A stretch of 9,819 bases of DNA from a virus (Duplodnaviria > Heunggongvirae > Uroviricota > Caudoviricetes): the IMG/VR virus record IMGVR_UViG_2645727743_000024, one strand, 5' to 3'. This document shows positions 8,252 to 9,819 of this stretch, piece by piece. Position 1 is the stretch's first letter; every line of letters starts with the position of its first letter. A program made the translations under genes and the position numbers. The notes under the pieces are model-generated. The model searched no databases. It was not told where the DNA came from and was given only the letters and a program-made list of their open reading frames with translations.

Positions 8252-8280
8252 AATAAAAACGCCAGCGGCGATGGCTGGCG
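8252..8280 (-). terminator. candidate rho-independent terminator between the DUF905 and antirestriction genes
   Basis: 7-bp stem CGCCAGC (8260-8266) with GCTGGCG (8274-8280), 7-nt loop; on the - strand followed by TTTTTATT (complement of 8252-8259). Confidence 0.45.
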
Positions 8281-8333
8281 TATGGGGATATAAAGTGTGT
8301 TCGGGGAGGTGAATGCGGGTAAATGCTTCGCGA

Positions 8334-8573
8334 TCAGCGGGTAGCCGTGTCTGTACGGATGCCTGAGGTGCGGATATAGCGGTTAAGACCTTCACCGGCA
8401 TCCGGCTCAAAGTTCCATGCCCGCCAGACCATCCGGCCTTCAGTATCACGAACCACCAGACGGAAGTGACTGCCCTGGTCGTCTTCGAGTGTGATATTGC
8501 TGTACGTGGTAGTGACCGCTTGCGCTTGTCTCCGGGTGAAAGGCCCCGGTGGCAGCAACACGGATTGGGTCAT
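8334..8573 (-). CDS. DUF905 family protein (YkfF-like)
   Basis: 79 aa from ATG 8573 ([66 protein letters not shown]...). AGGAG lies 7 nt upstream; the 150-aa track ORF is an N-terminal extension. Confidence 0.7.
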   Translation of the reverse strand: MTQSVLLPPGPFTRRQAQAVTTTYSNITLEDDQGSHFRLVVRDTEGRMVWRAWNFEPDAGEGLNRYIRTSGIRTDTATR

Positions 8574-8588
8574 TTTCGGGCTCCTGAT

Positions 8589-8623
8589 AAAAGAAAACCC
8601 CGGCAGCCTGCTAGCTGTCGGGG
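8589..8623 (-). terminator. candidate rho-independent terminator downstream of the secreted-protein gene
   Basis: 9-bp stem CCCCGGCAG (8598-8606) with CTGTCGGGG (8615-8623), including one G-T wobble; 8-nt loop; on the - strand followed by TTTTCTTTT, then the DUF905 RBS. Confidence 0.45.
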
Positions 8624-8649
8624 TGGATTTGCTGGGGAAGATGCTACTA

Positions 8650-9117
8650 TCAGTCGTTGCTGCAGTCTCCGGGAGTGGACAGAACTTTCTCAGCGTTCTT
8701 CCGGTCCGCAGTGAAGGTCCCTGCTTTGTGGTCATTGACGTAGACGTCGAACTGCCCGGCCTCAGAGATATTGCTGATGAAGTCAAACCAGGCGTTATCG
8801 CCGTTACGCCAGCCCAGGCTGGACGGAATAATGTACTGCTGGTGATCCATCACTACGGTGATAGTAGTGTCGTCATCGTGCGAACTGACCATCTTGTCAT
8901 CGGCAAGGGTAAGAAAGACTGAATGCTGATAGAAACCATTCTGGTCCGGGTTCCCTGTGCAGTTGATGGTAAACGTCTTTCCGCTGGCTTCGGTCACGCT
9001 GTATTCCGTATTGCCCTGACCGTAACCCTGCTGCCAGAACCCCGGGATAGCAGAGGCATTAAAGCTCGCGAGCAGTACACCCGCCAGCATAAACCGACTT
9101 AGTGAAAGTATTGTCAT
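8650..9117 (-). CDS. secreted protein with N-terminal signal peptide (YkfB/YfjT-like)
   Basis: 155 aa; [23 protein letters not shown] looks like a Sec signal peptide with AxA cleavage site; AGGAGA lies about 6 nt before ATG 9117. Confidence 0.75.
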   Translation of the reverse strand: MTILSLSRFMLAGVLLASFNASAIPGFWQQGYGQGNTEYSVTEASGKTFTINCTGNPDQNGFYQHSVFLTLADDKMVSSHDDDTTITVVMDHQQYIIPSSLGWRNGDNAWFDFISNISEAGQFDVYVNDHKAGTFTADRKNAEKVLSTPGDCSND

Positions 9118-9139
9118 TCTTGTCTCCTTTGTCGTTGTT

Positions 9140-9583
9140 TTATTCCTGATTGTCAGGGTTTGAGGGTATCAGCAGTCGCCCCATCAGTTTGCCGTCATGG
9201 GCGTACTCAAAGTATTTTTCTTTGGTATACGGGTCCGTCACCTCCTGGTATTCCAGTTTGATGTTATCGGCAATACACAGCGCATTCATCAGTGGCTGGA
9301 CGGTTTTTTCCTGCATATCCACGAGGTAGTAGTAACTGCCATCCTCGCAGCCATCGGGCGACTGGCGGGTACGTAAAACCTGCAAGGTGGGACCGGATAA
9401 GTAGTCAACCTGTGACCATTCTTCGCTGACATCATCCTGGTGGCTGACCACATCACTGAAACGCGGTGGGGTGAGGTCCTTAAATTTACTGATGGCCTTC
9501 AGGTCATCACTTCTGTCATCGCATGCGATGAGAAACAGAGTGGTGGCAACCAGCGCCAGCAGAGGCAGTGTTTTACGTTTCAT
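9140..9583 (-). CDS. lipoprotein (YafY/YfjS-like), predicted inner-membrane retained
   Basis: 147 aa; signal peptide plus lipobox LIAC followed by Asp at +2 (Lol avoidance signal). Its ATG (9581-9583) overlaps the upstream gene's TAA stop (TAATG). Confidence 0.8.
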   Translation of the reverse strand: MKRKTLPLLALVATTLFLIACDDRSDDLKAISKFKDLTPPRFSDVVSHQDDVSEEWSQVDYLSGPTLQVLRTRQSPDGCEDGSYYYLVDMQEKTVQPLMNALCIADNIKLEYQEVTDPYTKEKYFEYAHDGKLMGRLLIPSNPDNQE

Positions 9584-9819
9584 TATTTTTTTCCTGAAAT
9601 CAGACGAACCACTTTGGCAAAGACATAAATGCCCACGAAAATACCCACCGGCACGCCGACGAACGGTGTCAGCGCGACACTGGCAGCACCGGCTGCGCCA
9701 CCTCCCGTCAGCAGTGCGGCAACAGTGGCAAGGGTCAGGGCCGCGAGACTGTCGGACACCCCGGTTTTGTTCAGAATGATGACGATGACAACAATGGCGA
9801 TAATGGCAATAACGGGCAT
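9583..9819 (-). CDS. small hydrophobic membrane protein; its ATG coincides with the window edge, so it may be N-terminally truncated
   Basis: 78 aa with two hydrophobic, Gly/Ala-rich predicted transmembrane segments; stop overlaps the start of the lipoprotein gene, suggesting translational coupling. Confidence 0.5.
   Translation of the reverse strand: MPVIAIIAIVVIVIILNKTGVSDSLAALTLATVAALLTGGGAAGAASVALTPFVGVPVGIFVGIYVFAKVVRLISGKK

Overview
The window spans a junction between two horizontally acquired elements. Left (1-5976, about 40% GC): the right end of an integrative phage-like element, with + strand head genes (partial upstream gene, a 120-aa head protein, a lambda gpE-like major capsid protein followed by a strong intrinsic terminator), then an uncharacterised three-gene cassette (67, 609 and 237 aa) and a convergent tyrosine integrase on the - strand. 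At 5958-5976 is a 19-nt fragment matching, from memory, the 3' end of E. coli tRNA-Thr (thrW type) with no tRNA body upstream, read here as the attachment-site core. Right (5977-9819, about 55-57% GC): a CP4-6/CP4-57-like cryptic-prophage module, all on the - strand: small membrane protein, YafY/YfjS-like lipoprotein, YkfB/YfjT-like secreted protein, DUF905, KlcA/ArdB antirestriction protein, RadC-like JAB protein, DUF987, and a CbeA antitoxin / CbtA toxin pair. No rRNA, intact tRNA, CRISPR array or IS element was seen. The most interesting unexplained content is the three-gene cassette and the apparent absence of tail genes between the capsid gene and the integrase. All homology calls are from recalled family features and need database confirmation.
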